Positions 9,266 to 19,700 of a DNA stretch of 34,759 bases are shown here, one piece after another. The notes under the pieces are model-generated. The model searched no databases, had not been told where the DNA came from, and saw only the letters and a program-made list of their open reading frames with translations. A program made the translations under genes and the position numbers. The stretch's first letter is position 1. Each line of letters starts with the position of its first letter. The DNA is from Coriobacteriales bacterium (GTDB taxonomy: Bacteria; Actinomycetota; Coriobacteriia; Coriobacteriales; UBA8131), in contig JAIRXA010000085.1 of assembly GCA_031268525.1 (NCBI GenBank), positions 1 through 34,759 of the forward strand, in the 5' to 3' direction.

Positions 9266-9958
9266 ATGGGACATTGCGAACACGGATTGTCCGGCAGATG
9301 TGCTACGGCGGGTACAGACTGCTATCAGAGCGGTGCTGTGCTTTCAAAAGCGAATATGACACTCGCCGATTTTAACCGCATAGCCGAACAATGCGTAGGA
9401 CGGGTAAACCAGTTCGCCCTCGGCGGCAGAGGCGACCCCGATTTGCACGAGAACTTTGAGCAGGTATTGAAGATGTGCCGCGACAACAACATCGTCCCGA
9501 ACTACACCACATCCGGTTACAGGCTTTCTGATTCGGCGATAGCGGCAAGCAAGAAATACTGCGGAGCTGTGGCGGTCAGTTGGTATCGCACCGAATACAC
9601 CATCAACGCGATAGAACGGTTTTTGTCCGCCGACGTGAAGACCAACATCAGCTGCTACATAGATTCCGAGATGAGCATGTCGCCGTGCAGTTTCGACCGA
9701 AGCGGAAAGTATGCTGTTTCATTGAAAGACACGACTATAGCCGAAGTGTGGCAATCACCGCAGTTTGAGTGTTTCCGTGAGCATTTGCGAAACGCCTGCC
9801 CCCAATGCGAAAGCCGAAGTCTGTGTATGGGCGGCTGCCCGATTGTGCCGGAGATAGTATTGTGTGCAAATCATCCCCACCAGAACAAGCTGGCGATGCA
9901 CTGTGGGCAAGGTAGAAGTGGCGAGGTAGACGTGGCGTCTGAACCTGCCAAATTTTAG
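9266..9958 (+). pseudogene. Radical SAM/SPASM protein, apparently N-truncated and internally deleted
   Basis: CX7CX6C motif, ALGGRGDP motif and SPASM-like CPQC..C..GGC. The ORF begins only 3 residues before the first Cys, and KTNI joins SCYI directly where the rest of the barrel would be expected. Confidence 0.6.
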
Positions 9959-10000
9959 TGCTCATCGTCTCGTTCATCGTACGGCTCATCGACGTTGGCA

Positions 10001-11164
10001 TCACAAGGCCCTCCCCTGAGATGCAACTATCAGTCCATCAGCACTGTGGCCAGGGAATTCGAGGCCCTCATTGCTCATCAATCCGATCAGTTTTTCCAAT
10101 CGCGAGAAGATGCGGTGACTGGCCCTCAGGCGCTTGTCAACAAACTCTTGCCTGAGTGCTCGCTGCCCCGCGCGGGAAGGATTCATTACTTGAAGCAGCA
10201 TGGCCTCAACGTCAGCTTTCTCCAAAAGTATGATCTCCATGCTTTCCCTAACGCTGTTGAGGATTGAAACGCTACTCTGCGAGTCGCTCAACATCCTCAT
10301 TTGCCTCGACAGATACAGGCAGCGTCTTGTCAGCTCATTAAGGTCGACCATCGCTTTTGTGGACCATCGGGAAAAGTAATCCCGCTCATCGTACGGCTCA
10401 CTCAGCAGACTACAGTGCATGAGCTGAAGGGCTCTCTCAATCCATTTGTGATGCGAAGCCAAAAGAGCTGAGATGAGCTGCGTTTCTTTCACAACATCAA
10501 GCGAGTTCATCGCAACATGAAGCTGATAGTATTCAGCGAACTCTCCGGTAATGGCCGCTCTCCCAGAGGACTCCTCAAACACCCCGCCAGGCAGGAAATA
10601 CCATTTCTCCCAGTATGGCGGTATCCAGAAGCAGGTGCATTTTGACTGCTCGCTACAAAAGTGCAGCAGGTGACGGGATTGTTCCACAGAGGGTTGCAGA
10701 GCCTCGACAATCTCATCCGTCAGTCTCTCAATGCGCTCAAGCCTTATCTCCCTGACCTCGGCTTTCCTCGATCTACGCGTTTCTGCGTAGCGACAATATC
10801 TGGAAAAGGAACGCGTCCACGGAGCAACTGGCAAGCCAAGTGCGTGCAGGGATTCTCTTCTGACCAGTTCCGCTTCGGCCTCATCTGGGATACGTTGATA
10901 CGAGTTGGCATGAAGCTGCGAATGAGCGTATTCGTGTATCAGAATACCCAGAAGCTCCAGTGAGCAGCGCCTGTAACGCAGAAGGATCAAGGGCACGTCC
11001 TCTCTTGGACGAAAGCAACCCAGAGTCGACGAGCCAGTCTTCTTGTCCTTCGGAGCCTCTCCATTGAAATACGCCTTGATGCCGAAGTGCTCCTCCAGCG
11101 GTGCGATGTACAGCCGCCGGAATTCAGCGCGGGGCATGCTCCCGGTGGCAGGATATTCTTTCAT
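10001..11164 (-). CDS. HExxH zinc metallopeptidase-domain protein (ImmA/IrrE-like) with an unknown helical C-terminus
   Basis: ILIHEYAHSQLH followed by DEAEAE; ATGA overlap with the upstream gene. Confidence 0.65.
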   Translation of the reverse strand: MKEYPATGSMPRAEFRRLYIAPLEEHFGIKAYFNGEAPKDKKTGSSTLGCFRPREDVPLILLRYRRCSLELLGILIHEYAHSQLHANSYQRIPDEAEAELVRRESLHALGLPVAPWTRSFSRYCRYAETRRSRKAEVREIRLERIERLTDEIVEALQPSVEQSRHLLHFCSEQSKCTCFWIPPYWEKWYFLPGGVFEESSGRAAITGEFAEYYQLHVAMNSLDVVKETQLISALLASHHKWIERALQLMHCSLLSEPYDERDYFSRWSTKAMVDLNELTRRCLYLSRQMRMLSDSQSSVSILNSVRESMEIILLEKADVEAMLLQVMNPSRAGQRALRQEFVDKRLRASHRIFSRLEKLIGLMSNEGLEFPGHSADGLIVASQGRAL

Positions 11165-11811
11165 AGCACCATCCCCTGTGTGATCTTGTCAACCGTGCCG
11201 TCGAGCGAGTACCTCAGTTCATACTTTTCGGCTTCAGAGATACTGAGGAGGAATAGCTTATCGGTAGTCGGCTCGCAGCCTGCAACTCCATATTCAGCGT
11301 TACCGTCATTTACGAAGGTTGAGGAGGCAATGATTGATTTCTCGTTAAAAGCAAAGCTTCCATCTATAAAGTCAGTGTTGAGCCATCTTCGCAGACTGCA
11401 GTCACTCCATGAGGCGTCTTCGATAGTATCATTATACTGACGGCTGCTGACATAATCTTGGGTAATAATGAGAGCTTTGCCTTCCCTGATGTCTAAAACT
11501 AACCAGTTATGTCCACCAAATCCAGATACAACTTCGCCTATAGATAGACCAGTAGGTATCCCAAGCACTTCTGAGTTTGTTGTTGATACGAGTGATGTTC
11601 CAGAAAAAGAACCTACTACATTCTCTTCCTGCTGTTCTGTGCCCAACGCGCTCCTCAGTAAAGCAACAGTGATTGCTACGGCTGCAAAAATCCCTATAAA
11701 AACGAGGATACGCCTGGCGTGAGAGTGTGCGGGTTTTGTCCTTGAGTGATTGCCACTGGCGGTTCTTTTGGTTCTGCTCTGTATGTCTGGTTTTACTTTG
11801 CCGTAAGCCAT
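11161..11811 (-). CDS. Membrane-anchored DUF6273-domain protein, C-terminally shortened
   Basis: TM helix, then FGGHNWLVLD..KALII..SWSDCSLRRWLN..F..TDKLFLLSISEAEKY. Confidence 0.75.
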   Translation of the reverse strand: MAYGKVKPDIQSRTKRTASGNHSRTKPAHSHARRILVFIGIFAAVAITVALLRSALGTEQQEENVVGSFSGTSLVSTTNSEVLGIPTGLSIGEVVSGFGGHNWLVLDIREGKALIITQDYVSSRQYNDTIEDASWSDCSLRRWLNTDFIDGSFAFNEKSIIASSTFVNDGNAEYGVAGCEPTTDKLFLLSISEAEKYELRYSLDGTVDKITQGMVL

Positions 11812-11895
11812 TGCCGTCCATTATCCTCTCGTCACGTTGGCATTGAGTCTTTACATAACTAGAGCCACAGCGTTGTCCATAGGTGCCACATGAGA

Positions 11896-11941
11896 GAGCT
11901 GCGAGGGACACCCTTATTGAGCAGGATGTCCCTCTCAGCTC
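11896..11941 (-). terminator. Long hairpin just downstream of the micro-ORF cluster
   Basis: GAGCTGcGAGGGACAcCCT-tattgagc-AGGaTGTCCCTCtCAGCTC, 8 bp after the stop of the 30-aa ORF. Confidence 0.6.
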
Positions 11942-11949
11942 ATTCCCGC

Positions 11950-12042
11950 CTATACTGCTTCTCCGCAGCTCGGACATTCCTCGACACAACCCGCCTTGTC
12001 ATCGAACGTATAGCCGCAATGCGGGCATCTTACCTTTGCCAT
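11950..12042 (-). CDS. 30-aa zinc-ribbon microprotein (CPHC...CPSC)
   Basis: My translation: MAKVRCPHCGYTFDDKAGCVEECPSCGEAV*. Strong RBS GGGAGGTGA just upstream. Not in the ORF track. Confidence 0.8.
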   Translation of the reverse strand: MAKVRCPHCGYTFDDKAGCVEECPSCGEAV

Positions 12043-12086
12043 GAACTCACCTCCCTCGTAATCATCACCTTTCCAATGCCTGCCGC

Positions 12087-12236
12087 CTATCGCTCGCGGC
12101 CGGTTCCCTTGCATCGCGGGCACTTACCGCTACCACTACAACCGCCGCACGGGCTGTTGAGATGAGTCCGCCCTGATCCCTTGCAACCCTGGCACTTACC
12201 TGACCCGCCGCATACCCAGCACTTCTCCTTAGACAT
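12087..12236 (-). CDS. 49-aa stand-alone DnaJ-type (CxxCxGxG)x4 zinc-finger microprotein
   Basis: My translation: MSKEKCWVCGGSGKCQGCKGSGRTHLNSPCGGCSGSGKCPRCKGTGRER*. RBS GGGAGGTG. Not in the ORF track. Confidence 0.88.
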   Translation of the reverse strand: MSKEKCWVCGGSGKCQGCKGSGRTHLNSPCGGCSGSGKCPRCKGTGRER

Positions 12237-12396
12237 AACACACCTCCCTTCTTCTGGTCGTAGCCGTCAGAATGTCAAGCATGTGGTCGTACCAATAGTC
12301 TCCAGGCACCTTCTCAGTTTCCTGTATAGGCTCCTGCAGGAGAAACGCTTGATGGTTACGCCTGGGGATGTCGTACCTGTTGCTGTGTTCAGTCAT
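12229..12396 (-). CDS. 55-aa hypothetical microprotein
   Basis: AAGGAG RBS before ATG 12396 (MTEHSNRYDIP...); its stop overlaps the start of the 49-aa zinc-finger ORF. Confidence 0.45.
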   Translation of the reverse strand: MTEHSNRYDIPRRNHQAFLLQEPIQETEKVPGDYWYDHMLDILTATTRRREVCYV

Positions 12397-12496
12397 AGCT
12401 CCTTCTTTCTTCTGGGTGTATCTGACATCAATCATTAAACACGGCTGTAGCGAGGGGCCGGAATTCGTAATTACCGCATCCGAGAGCGCCGGGGCA

Positions 12497-13066
12497 TCAA
12501 TACAAGCTCCCGAGCACAAGAACAGAGACAGCTACAGAGACAGAGATCTTCAACAGCTTGCCAAGAAAGCACAGCGTAATAAAGCGCCAGAAACTCACCT
12601 TTAAGTAGCCCGAGGCAAACCCCACGATGTCGAAGAGAGGCAGAGGAATAGCTGCCATGGTAAAGATCACCCGTTGTCTCCCGCCCTTTAGCAGGTCGAT
12701 GAGCTTGCATAACACCTTGTTCTTGGGGGTCTCGATTTGCTTTACGTTTCTGCCAGCCATCCCCGCTAGGTAGCCCATCGTTTCGCCAAGCGTGCTTCCG
12801 GCTGCGCCCATCAGGGCTACGGCAACCGGGTTGAGGAAGGTTGCTGCGCTCATAACGACAGCAAGGCTGGGCGCAGGGGCAAATACTGTGGCATTACACA
12901 GAAAGCAAAGGGTTAATACACCGAAATAGCCCAAGCCTTCGAAGTAGGTCAGCCTATCTTGAAAGACATACGCGAGCACGGACCCAGCGACAATCAATAC
13001 GATGAACGCAATGTTGGCCGCAAGGAGCCATGGGTTTTTCCTGGGATTACCGGTAGCAACATCCAT
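12497..13066 (-). CDS. DedA/VTT (SNARE-associated) family membrane protein
   Basis: GSTLGETMGYLAG and AIPLPLFDIVGFASG...F...FLGKLLK motifs; multiple TM segments; 1 bp after the kinase stop. Confidence 0.85.
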   Translation of the reverse strand: MDVATGNPRKNPWLLAANIAFIVLIVAGSVLAYVFQDRLTYFEGLGYFGVLTLCFLCNATVFAPAPSLAVVMSAATFLNPVAVALMGAAGSTLGETMGYLAGMAGRNVKQIETPKNKVLCKLIDLLKGGRQRVIFTMAAIPLPLFDIVGFASGYLKVSFWRFITLCFLGKLLKISVSVAVSVLVLGSLY

Positions 13067-13067
13067 G

Positions 13068-14708
13068 TCAGCCGCCGGACAGCACGCCGATAAGAATCGC
13101 CAAGATGACGACTATGCCGGCTATCATCACGGCGGCCGAGATAACCAACGCAAGCAGCAGCACTACAACCGCAGATGCAAAGGGGGCAACTACCGTCAGG
13201 AGCCCTGAGAGCCCGTAGTCCCTTAGCGCAGGCGGTCTTTGAGCGTATGCCAGTCCATATACAACTGGCAGGAGAAAGCAGGCAACGACCGACAGTATGG
13301 CGTAAACCGTTGTTGCCACAGGATCGGCAATACTCTTTCCCATAATGCCAATGAAAAGTTGGCGGACTACTGGCACAAAGTACAACGATGACAACACCGC
13401 CACTAAAAGGGAGCCGCCCATGGTGATACCCCAATATGCCTCCGGCCTTTCCCACCAGTCGGTTATCAGTGCTGGATTTTCCGCTTGCATGTTCTGTCTG
13501 GCAACCCGCCACAGCGAGCGTGGAGACTTAAGCAAAGATGGCCTGGCAACAACACCGCTGAAAGCGGTAGGGGTTGCAACCGTCGTCTTGTTTGTGGCTT
13601 GGTTTGCCGCAGGGTTTGGGGCGTGCAGGTTAATAGGTGGCTTGGGGATGAAGCTGCTAGCCTTGCTCTTGTGTCTCTTAAGCGCCGCGCAATGAGGGCA
13701 GCTGTTCAGGCCGTTGAAATAGTAATGATGCTTGTCTTTGCTGCACTGAACCCGGCAGGACTTCATGCTTCGTCCGAGCGCTTCGTGCCAGTCCGTGGCA
13801 TTAGGGCGCAGGGAGGGACTGCCGTAGCCTTTATCGAACGCAAGCGTGAACAACCTTGCTATGTCCGGATGAGTTTCACTCAGGCTGGGGGTGCGGGCAG
13901 CGAGTGGTTTGTATCCCGCTTTGAAACAGTATTCGTTGCGCTCGACGGAGTCGTTTGCCTTGCCAGGAGCGACTGATGATAGGCGCTTGCCTACCTGTAG
14001 GCCATTAAAGGGTGGTGTTCCGTTCATGGTGAGCAGGAAAATGTGCTCTGCCAGCGCAAATACATCGGTCTCTTTGGTGAAGGAGCTACCGGTTTTCCGG
14101 AACAGCTCCCCATACCCTCCTTTAAGCCCTTTGACCCTTGCCAGCAGTTCAGGCGCTACGAATCCGTCGTAGGCGACGGGGCAGGGGTAGGTGTGCCCTG
14201 TGGCATGGTCGGTGAACTGGAAAGAGTTGGTGTCCAGTATCGCCACCTCGCAGGTCTTGGGATTGACCCTGATATTATTGGGATTAAAGTCTCCAATCAC
14301 ATATTCGCTCGCATGCAGTCCAGCCACAGTGATGGCGATGTTGCGGCAGATTGTCAACCTGTAACGTAGGTCCAACGCCGCATACTTGTTGGGCGGATAG
14401 GGATGCAGCTCATTTATATCCACCCCTGATGCGAACTCCTTCATGGAAAAGCCTGCAAAGGAGCCGTTCTGGTGGTAAAACAGCTCCTGTGGCCAGGCCA
14501 AATGCTTAAGTATGCTTCCCGACGGCGGGCGTGTGATCATGTACCGAATCTTAGATTCGAGATCCGGTGCGAGGCTCTGTGGCTTGAATACTTTGGCAAG
14601 TACACCGCTCTGGCCCTTGATGCGGTGTATACAGGCCTCGCCTTCGCTGGCTATAGGTGGCTCAACAAGTTCGCATCTGCCTGAGCCGTTCTGGCTGAAC
14701 ACATGCAT
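13068..14708 (-). CDS. TerY-P-type Ser/Thr kinase with Zn-finger and C-terminal membrane domain
   Basis: EGEACIH, LAKVF, LAWP, VIGDFNPNNI, ILDTNSF, APEL, TDVFALA; then C..HHYY..CPHC; then about 4 TM helices. Confidence 0.88.
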   Translation of the reverse strand: MHVFSQNGSGRCELVEPPIASEGEACIHRIKGQSGVLAKVFKPQSLAPDLESKIRYMITRPPSGSILKHLAWPQELFYHQNGSFAGFSMKEFASGVDINELHPYPPNKYAALDLRYRLTICRNIAITVAGLHASEYVIGDFNPNNIRVNPKTCEVAILDTNSFQFTDHATGHTYPCPVAYDGFVAPELLARVKGLKGGYGELFRKTGSSFTKETDVFALAEHIFLLTMNGTPPFNGLQVGKRLSSVAPGKANDSVERNEYCFKAGYKPLAARTPSLSETHPDIARLFTLAFDKGYGSPSLRPNATDWHEALGRSMKSCRVQCSKDKHHYYFNGLNSCPHCAALKRHKSKASSFIPKPPINLHAPNPAANQATNKTTVATPTAFSGVVARPSLLKSPRSLWRVARQNMQAENPALITDWWERPEAYWGITMGGSLLVAVLSSLYFVPVVRQLFIGIMGKSIADPVATTVYAILSVVACFLLPVVYGLAYAQRPPALRDYGLSGLLTVVAPFASAVVVLLLALVISAAVMIAGIVVILAILIGVLSGG

Positions 14709-14726
14709 CTCGTACCTCCCGGGCCG

Positions 14727-15680
14727 TTACTCATGCGACTCAGGGTCTTCCAAGACCTGTGCCGCATCTTTGTTTTCATTGGGTAAGCTTGTTGGATGTG
14801 ATCCTGAATCGGTGCCTGTGACATCAGCATCATTCCAGCTCGGATACAGCTCGCAATCGTGCTTACGGTGCCACTCGCTCACCAGCCTCTTCCAGTCGGG
14901 TTCCCTGTAGTACGCATCCTCAAGACAGGTTGCCCTCGCGTCACCTACGATAACCACTACGGTTACGTCATCGTTGTTGGTTGCCTCGTCGGGCACCTGC
15001 TCGATAGAGCGTTTCACCCGGATGTTTCCCTCTTTGTTGGTGATGTTCAGCTTGTCAGCGGGGTAGTCTAAGAGGAAGCGTAGCGGTGGGATGTAAAGTC
15101 CGTCGCTGAAATCTTCAAGCAGCGGATTACAGACAAAGCCCAGAAAACCGTCGCTGGTCAGGAGAACCGATGACACCGGCTTTGGGTGTTTGCCAAAGAC
15201 CCACCAATCCTCGCCAAAGCTCAATGGGTATACACGCCCGTACTCGTCGTTTTGCTCTTCGGTGACCTTGGCATAGTGACCGTCTGCTTGCAGGGCGATG
15301 ATGCCACTGTCGCCAGACTGGCCGAAGTACAGGTCTTTGCCGATAAGCACGGCAGTGGCGAGGGTCGTGTCGCAGTCGCGTAGGTCGTATCCGCGCACTC
15401 TGGCAAGAAGTTCCACGGCTTCCCTGGCGCAACAATAGGCATCCTTGAGGGACTTGAACATCATCTCGATACTCGGCGTAGAGCCTTTGAGGTGCTCTGC
15501 CAGGAACACCATCGTTACAAATGAAGCCAGCTTCGACGCTTCGTCGGAGTGCGCCGCACTTCCCAGACCGTCGGCAACCACCCCAATGGCGATCCCATCA
15601 TCTGTAACGAACTCAGCGAGGCTGTCCTGGCATACGGGGTGGGAAGGACCGCCTTTGATCGCCTTGAATATGCGTGGCAT
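14727..15680 (-). CDS. PP2C-family phosphatase of the TerY-P triad
   Basis: GPSH..CQDS, VADGLGSA, SGDSG, LLTSDG and DDVT motifs. Start set to ATG 15680 (AGGAGG RBS). Confidence 0.9.
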   Translation of the reverse strand: MPRIFKAIKGGPSHPVCQDSLAEFVTDDGIAIGVVADGLGSAAHSDEASKLASFVTMVFLAEHLKGSTPSIEMMFKSLKDAYCCAREAVELLARVRGYDLRDCDTTLATAVLIGKDLYFGQSGDSGIIALQADGHYAKVTEEQNDEYGRVYPLSFGEDWWVFGKHPKPVSSVLLTSDGFLGFVCNPLLEDFSDGLYIPPLRFLLDYPADKLNITNKEGNIRVKRSIEQVPDEATNNDDVTVVVIVGDARATCLEDAYYREPDWKRLVSEWHRKHDCELYPSWNDADVTGTDSGSHPTSLPNENKDAAQVLEDPESHE

Positions 15681-15690
15681 AGGAGCCCTC

Positions 15691-16422
15691 CTAATCGTTA
15701 AGCCAGTCGCAGGTGTCCTGCTCAAAGTTGTCCGGCTGTACTGCGGTCTTTACCTTGTCGCCAGGGCTAGACTCGGATACAGCGCGCATCGACTTATGTA
15801 CCCAATCGAATAATTTGGTAAAGTCATAGTCAGTCAGCCGCGTCACTTTCTCCCCAGCCAGCTTGTGAAGCGTCTCAGAACTGTAGCTGCCGCAGCCAAA
15901 TGCCAGCAGCTTCAGCTTGCCGTCCGCCTCCATCTGCCTCACAACCTCGGCGGCTTCGTCTACAGGCGTGTTGGGATAGCCGTCCGTAATGAGCAACACC
16001 CAAGGCTTATAGGGTCGGATGCCCTGACTGAGGTAACGGCGGTACTGGTTATCCACTTCGGTGAGGGCCGCCTTGACAGCCTTGTTCATTTCGGTGCTAC
16101 CCTCTGGTCGCAAGGTGTGATCAGCCATGGCAGTCACCGGCGCAAACGGCTGGATGTACTTGTTGGCATCGCTGAAGGTGATAATACCAACATCAAGCAC
16201 ACTGGCAGTCTTCGGGTCCTTGAGCATGTCGCGTTTGAATCGAGCAATTCCCTTGTTCAGCTCGTCGATCGGGGTACCAGACATAGACCCCGACACGTCC
16301 ACAAGTAGCATCAAGGCCTCGCGGTTCAGTGTCGACATCTCGATTGCCGTGCTTGGCCCGTCCCGAAAAAACCCGTCGTCGTGACTGTCGGAGCCTTGAT
16401 TTTTCCTGCCGAAAATAGACAT
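15691..16422 (-). CDS. terY: TerY-type vWA domain protein
   Basis: MIDAS motif LLVDVSGSMSG, then PIDELNKG, YKPWVLLITDGYP, FTKLFDWVHKSM; adjacent to PP2C and kinase genes. Confidence 0.9.
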   Translation of the reverse strand: MSIFGRKNQGSDSHDDGFFRDGPSTAIEMSTLNREALMLLVDVSGSMSGTPIDELNKGIARFKRDMLKDPKTASVLDVGIITFSDANKYIQPFAPVTAMADHTLRPEGSTEMNKAVKAALTEVDNQYRRYLSQGIRPYKPWVLLITDGYPNTPVDEAAEVVRQMEADGKLKLLAFGCGSYSSETLHKLAGEKVTRLTDYDFTKLFDWVHKSMRAVSESSPGDKVKTAVQPDNFEQDTCDWLND

Positions 16423-16748
16423 AGTGATACCTCTTTCTGTCTTGGTTGGTGGCGTCCCGTCACCTTGTCATTTCTCATACTGAAGCCTTCAGTGTATGTG
16501 TCGGAATTTTCAACTTGAGTATTCATGGCTCCACGAATTCGTTTCGGGCGAAACCGTAGGCCTATAAAGGACAGAGGAGTTCGATAGGGATTTCCATCAT
16601 CCGTTCGTGCATGCTCTGAGTGAGCTTGATTGAGTGTAACGTGCGTCGCCGACGACTATCGAGAATTCCGTTCACTCGTCCCGGGCAGATAAGCTTTTCT
16701 CATTTATTGATGGGCGTACTGCGCCCTGATTCGAGAAAGGTGAACGCA

Positions 16749-19700
16749 ATGGCAATCACTGAGATCGAACTGATACCACTTGACGACCGGTCTTCGGGGG
16801 GTGCAGCAGTTAATGCTGCCTTACTTGGTCCCAGACAAGCTCTGACCTTATCGGTGCGAAACCTGGGCAAGGTAGATCCTGAGTATATCGCCCGGCTCTG
16901 TGGTGTTTCCACCGAGGATGCCATCGACAGGCTCAGTGGCCATATCTATCAAAACCCTGAAACCTGGCAAGGCGATGCAATGCAGGGCTGGGAGCTTGCC
17001 GGGGGATACCTCTCGGGCAACGTCTACCTCAAACTGGACGCCGCTTTGAGAGCCCGCAGCAACTCGAACGCCCACGGACGTTTTGAGGCCAACATTCAGG
17101 CGCTCAAGGAGGTGCTGCCAGCCGCTATACCGTTTGCCAACATCTACTACGGCCTCGGCACGCCGTGGATCAAAGAGAGCATCTACAACGCCTTTGTAAA
17201 GGAGGTGCTGTTCGGTATCAGCGGTGGGGGTCGACTAGATCTGGTCACATACGACAAGGCCAAGAACAAGTGGTGTATCCGCTCCAAGCGCAAGTTGTCC
17301 AAGTCAACACGCGGCGATTTTGGCACCACCTATCAGGGTTGCGGTACTCTTGAGCTTTTAGAGGATCGCATGAATCTCAAGTCCACAGTTGTTAAGCATG
17401 AGATCAGCGATCCTGCCGCCAAGGGCGGGACTCGCAGGGTCACAGACGAGAAGGCCACCGCTTTTACTCAACGCCAGCAGGAACGCCTTGGAGAAGCATT
17501 CGTCACATGGGTAGGTAATAACGAGGCTGTTCAGTGCAGCATCGCATCCAGTTTTAACGCTCGTTTCGGCTACATGCTCCGCAAGAGGTTCAGCGGCAGT
17601 TATCTTGATTTCCCAGGTCTTGCAGAGGGTATCGAGCTGTTCCAGTGTCAAAGGGATGCGATCGCCCGCATCCTGCTCACCCCCAACACTCTGCTTGCCC
17701 ATGAGGTAGGTGTCGGCAAGACTTACACCATGATCGTCTCTGGCATGCTGATGCGTCAGATGGGAATCTCCAGCAAAAATCTCTATGCCGTACCAAACGA
17801 TATTGTGGGGCAGTGGGAAGACTTCTTCCGTACCCTCTACCCAGAGGCAGCCATACTCGTCATCACTCCTGACGTGATGGTGCCCACACTTAGGAACGAG
17901 ACACTTAAGGAGGCCTGCACCGGCGACTACGATGCCATCATAATGTCGCACAGCGTATTTGAGCGCATCCCCCTGCGCCGCCCGCCAAAGCCTGTCGAGC
18001 GACGTGGCAGTAGCAAGAAGGCGGAGTCCTGCAAGCCCTACAAGCATGTCTTGTACTGGTTTGAAGACTTGGGCGTAAACACGCTGTTCATTGATGAGGT
18101 GCATAAGTATAAGAACATTCCGCTGCACAGCCGCATCAACAACGTATATGGCCTCAACATAACCGGCGCCGACACGTCTGCTGACGTTTTGGCCAAGGTG
18201 CGCTGTGTACAGAAAATGAACGGTGGCGGAGGCGTGGTGCTCGCCACTGGCACCCCCATCACCAATTCTCTCGCAGACGTGTTCGCCTGGCAGTCGATGT
18301 GTCAGCCCTCACTGCTCAAAATGCTCAACATAGACACCTTTGACAAGTGGGTGTCCACCTTCGCTGAGCGCACTGAGGAATACGAGATAACCCTCGCTGG
18401 CAAGCCGCGTCTGACCACACGCTTCCGGTGCTTTTGCAACCTCCCTGAGCTAGCGTCTCTCATGAGCCAGTTCACCGACTTTCACCGGCTCGACATGCGG
18501 GATGACCTGCCAAAACTTGACAAGTATAGCGAGCATGTTGTGGCTATGAATGAATATCAGGAGTGGGTATTCGAGGATTTCTCGGGCCGCATCGAGAAGA
18601 TCAGGTGCAGGCAGGTGCATCCCAAGGACGACAACATGCTGATGGTCTACACTGATGCCCGCAAGACCTCTCTGGATGTGCGTCTGTTCGACACCGCTTT
18701 CGTGAGCAAAATGGAGTGCAAGGTGCAACGCTGCGCTCGACAGATCTACGAGATCTACCTCGCGGGTGCGGATGGGCTACTCACACAACTCGTATTCTGT
18801 GACACGTCCACACCCAAGAATAGTTTTAACATATTCGACGAGTTGACCAACGAGTTGCTTGCGCTGGGAATCCCGCGCAGCGAGATCGCTTTTGTGCAAG
18901 ACAACACCACCACCGAGCAGTATAAAAAGGCATTGGTCGCCGAGATGAACTCGGGACGGGTGCGCATCTTGGTAGGCTCGACCGCCAAGGGCGGCACAGG
19001 CTTCAACGTCCAGGAGCGGCTGGTTGCCATACATCATCTCGACACACCCTGGCGCCCCGCAGACATGATCCAGCGCGAGGGGCGTGGCCTGCGCCCAGGC
19101 AACACCAATAAGCAGCTCTTTATTTACCGCTACCTCACAGAAAAGAGCTTTGATGCCTACCAGTATCAGATATTGGAGACCAAACAGGAGCTGATAGCCC
19201 AGTTCATGTCAGGGTCCTTCCCTTTCCGCGAAGTGGAGGATTTGGGAGCGGCAGTGCTGGACTACGGCCAGGTAAAAGCGCTTTTGGAGGATAACCCCCG
19301 CATCAAGGAGCGCCTGGACATCGCGAACGACATAACGCGGCTGCGTCTCCTGCTCAAGGGCGACGAGGAGAACCGTTTGGCGCTCAGAAGTGAACTGGCG
19401 GCCATACCAGCCAAGATCGCCGAGATGGACGCGCATCTGGCCGCGGCAAGTGCCGATAGTCTAACCGCCGCAGCCGCGCCCGCTCCGCTTGCAACACAAG
19501 AGGACAGGAAGCGGCACGGGGCGTACATCCTCTGGGCGGCAGAGGATATCGCTTGCGGCGAGCGCCGGGAGCTGGGTTCCTACCGAGGATTCGGCCTAAG
19601 CATTGCCAAGGAAGCCGAGGGCGAAGACCTCGCAGTGTACGCCGTACTCGACGGGCAAGGGCAGTACAGGGTCAAGCTGGGTGAGAGTGCCGCAGGCGCT

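Noticed and set aside
9266-9958. Activating enzyme for the glycyl radical enzyme
   Set aside because: It lacks the GCxxxCxxCxN GRE-activase motif, has a C-terminal SPASM-like cluster, is about 6 kb away and appears degraded.
11507-12165. Track ORFs 11507-11989 and 11890-12165
   Set aside because: They have no motifs or RBS and overlap the better-supported DUF6273 gene, hairpin and zinc-finger micro-ORFs.
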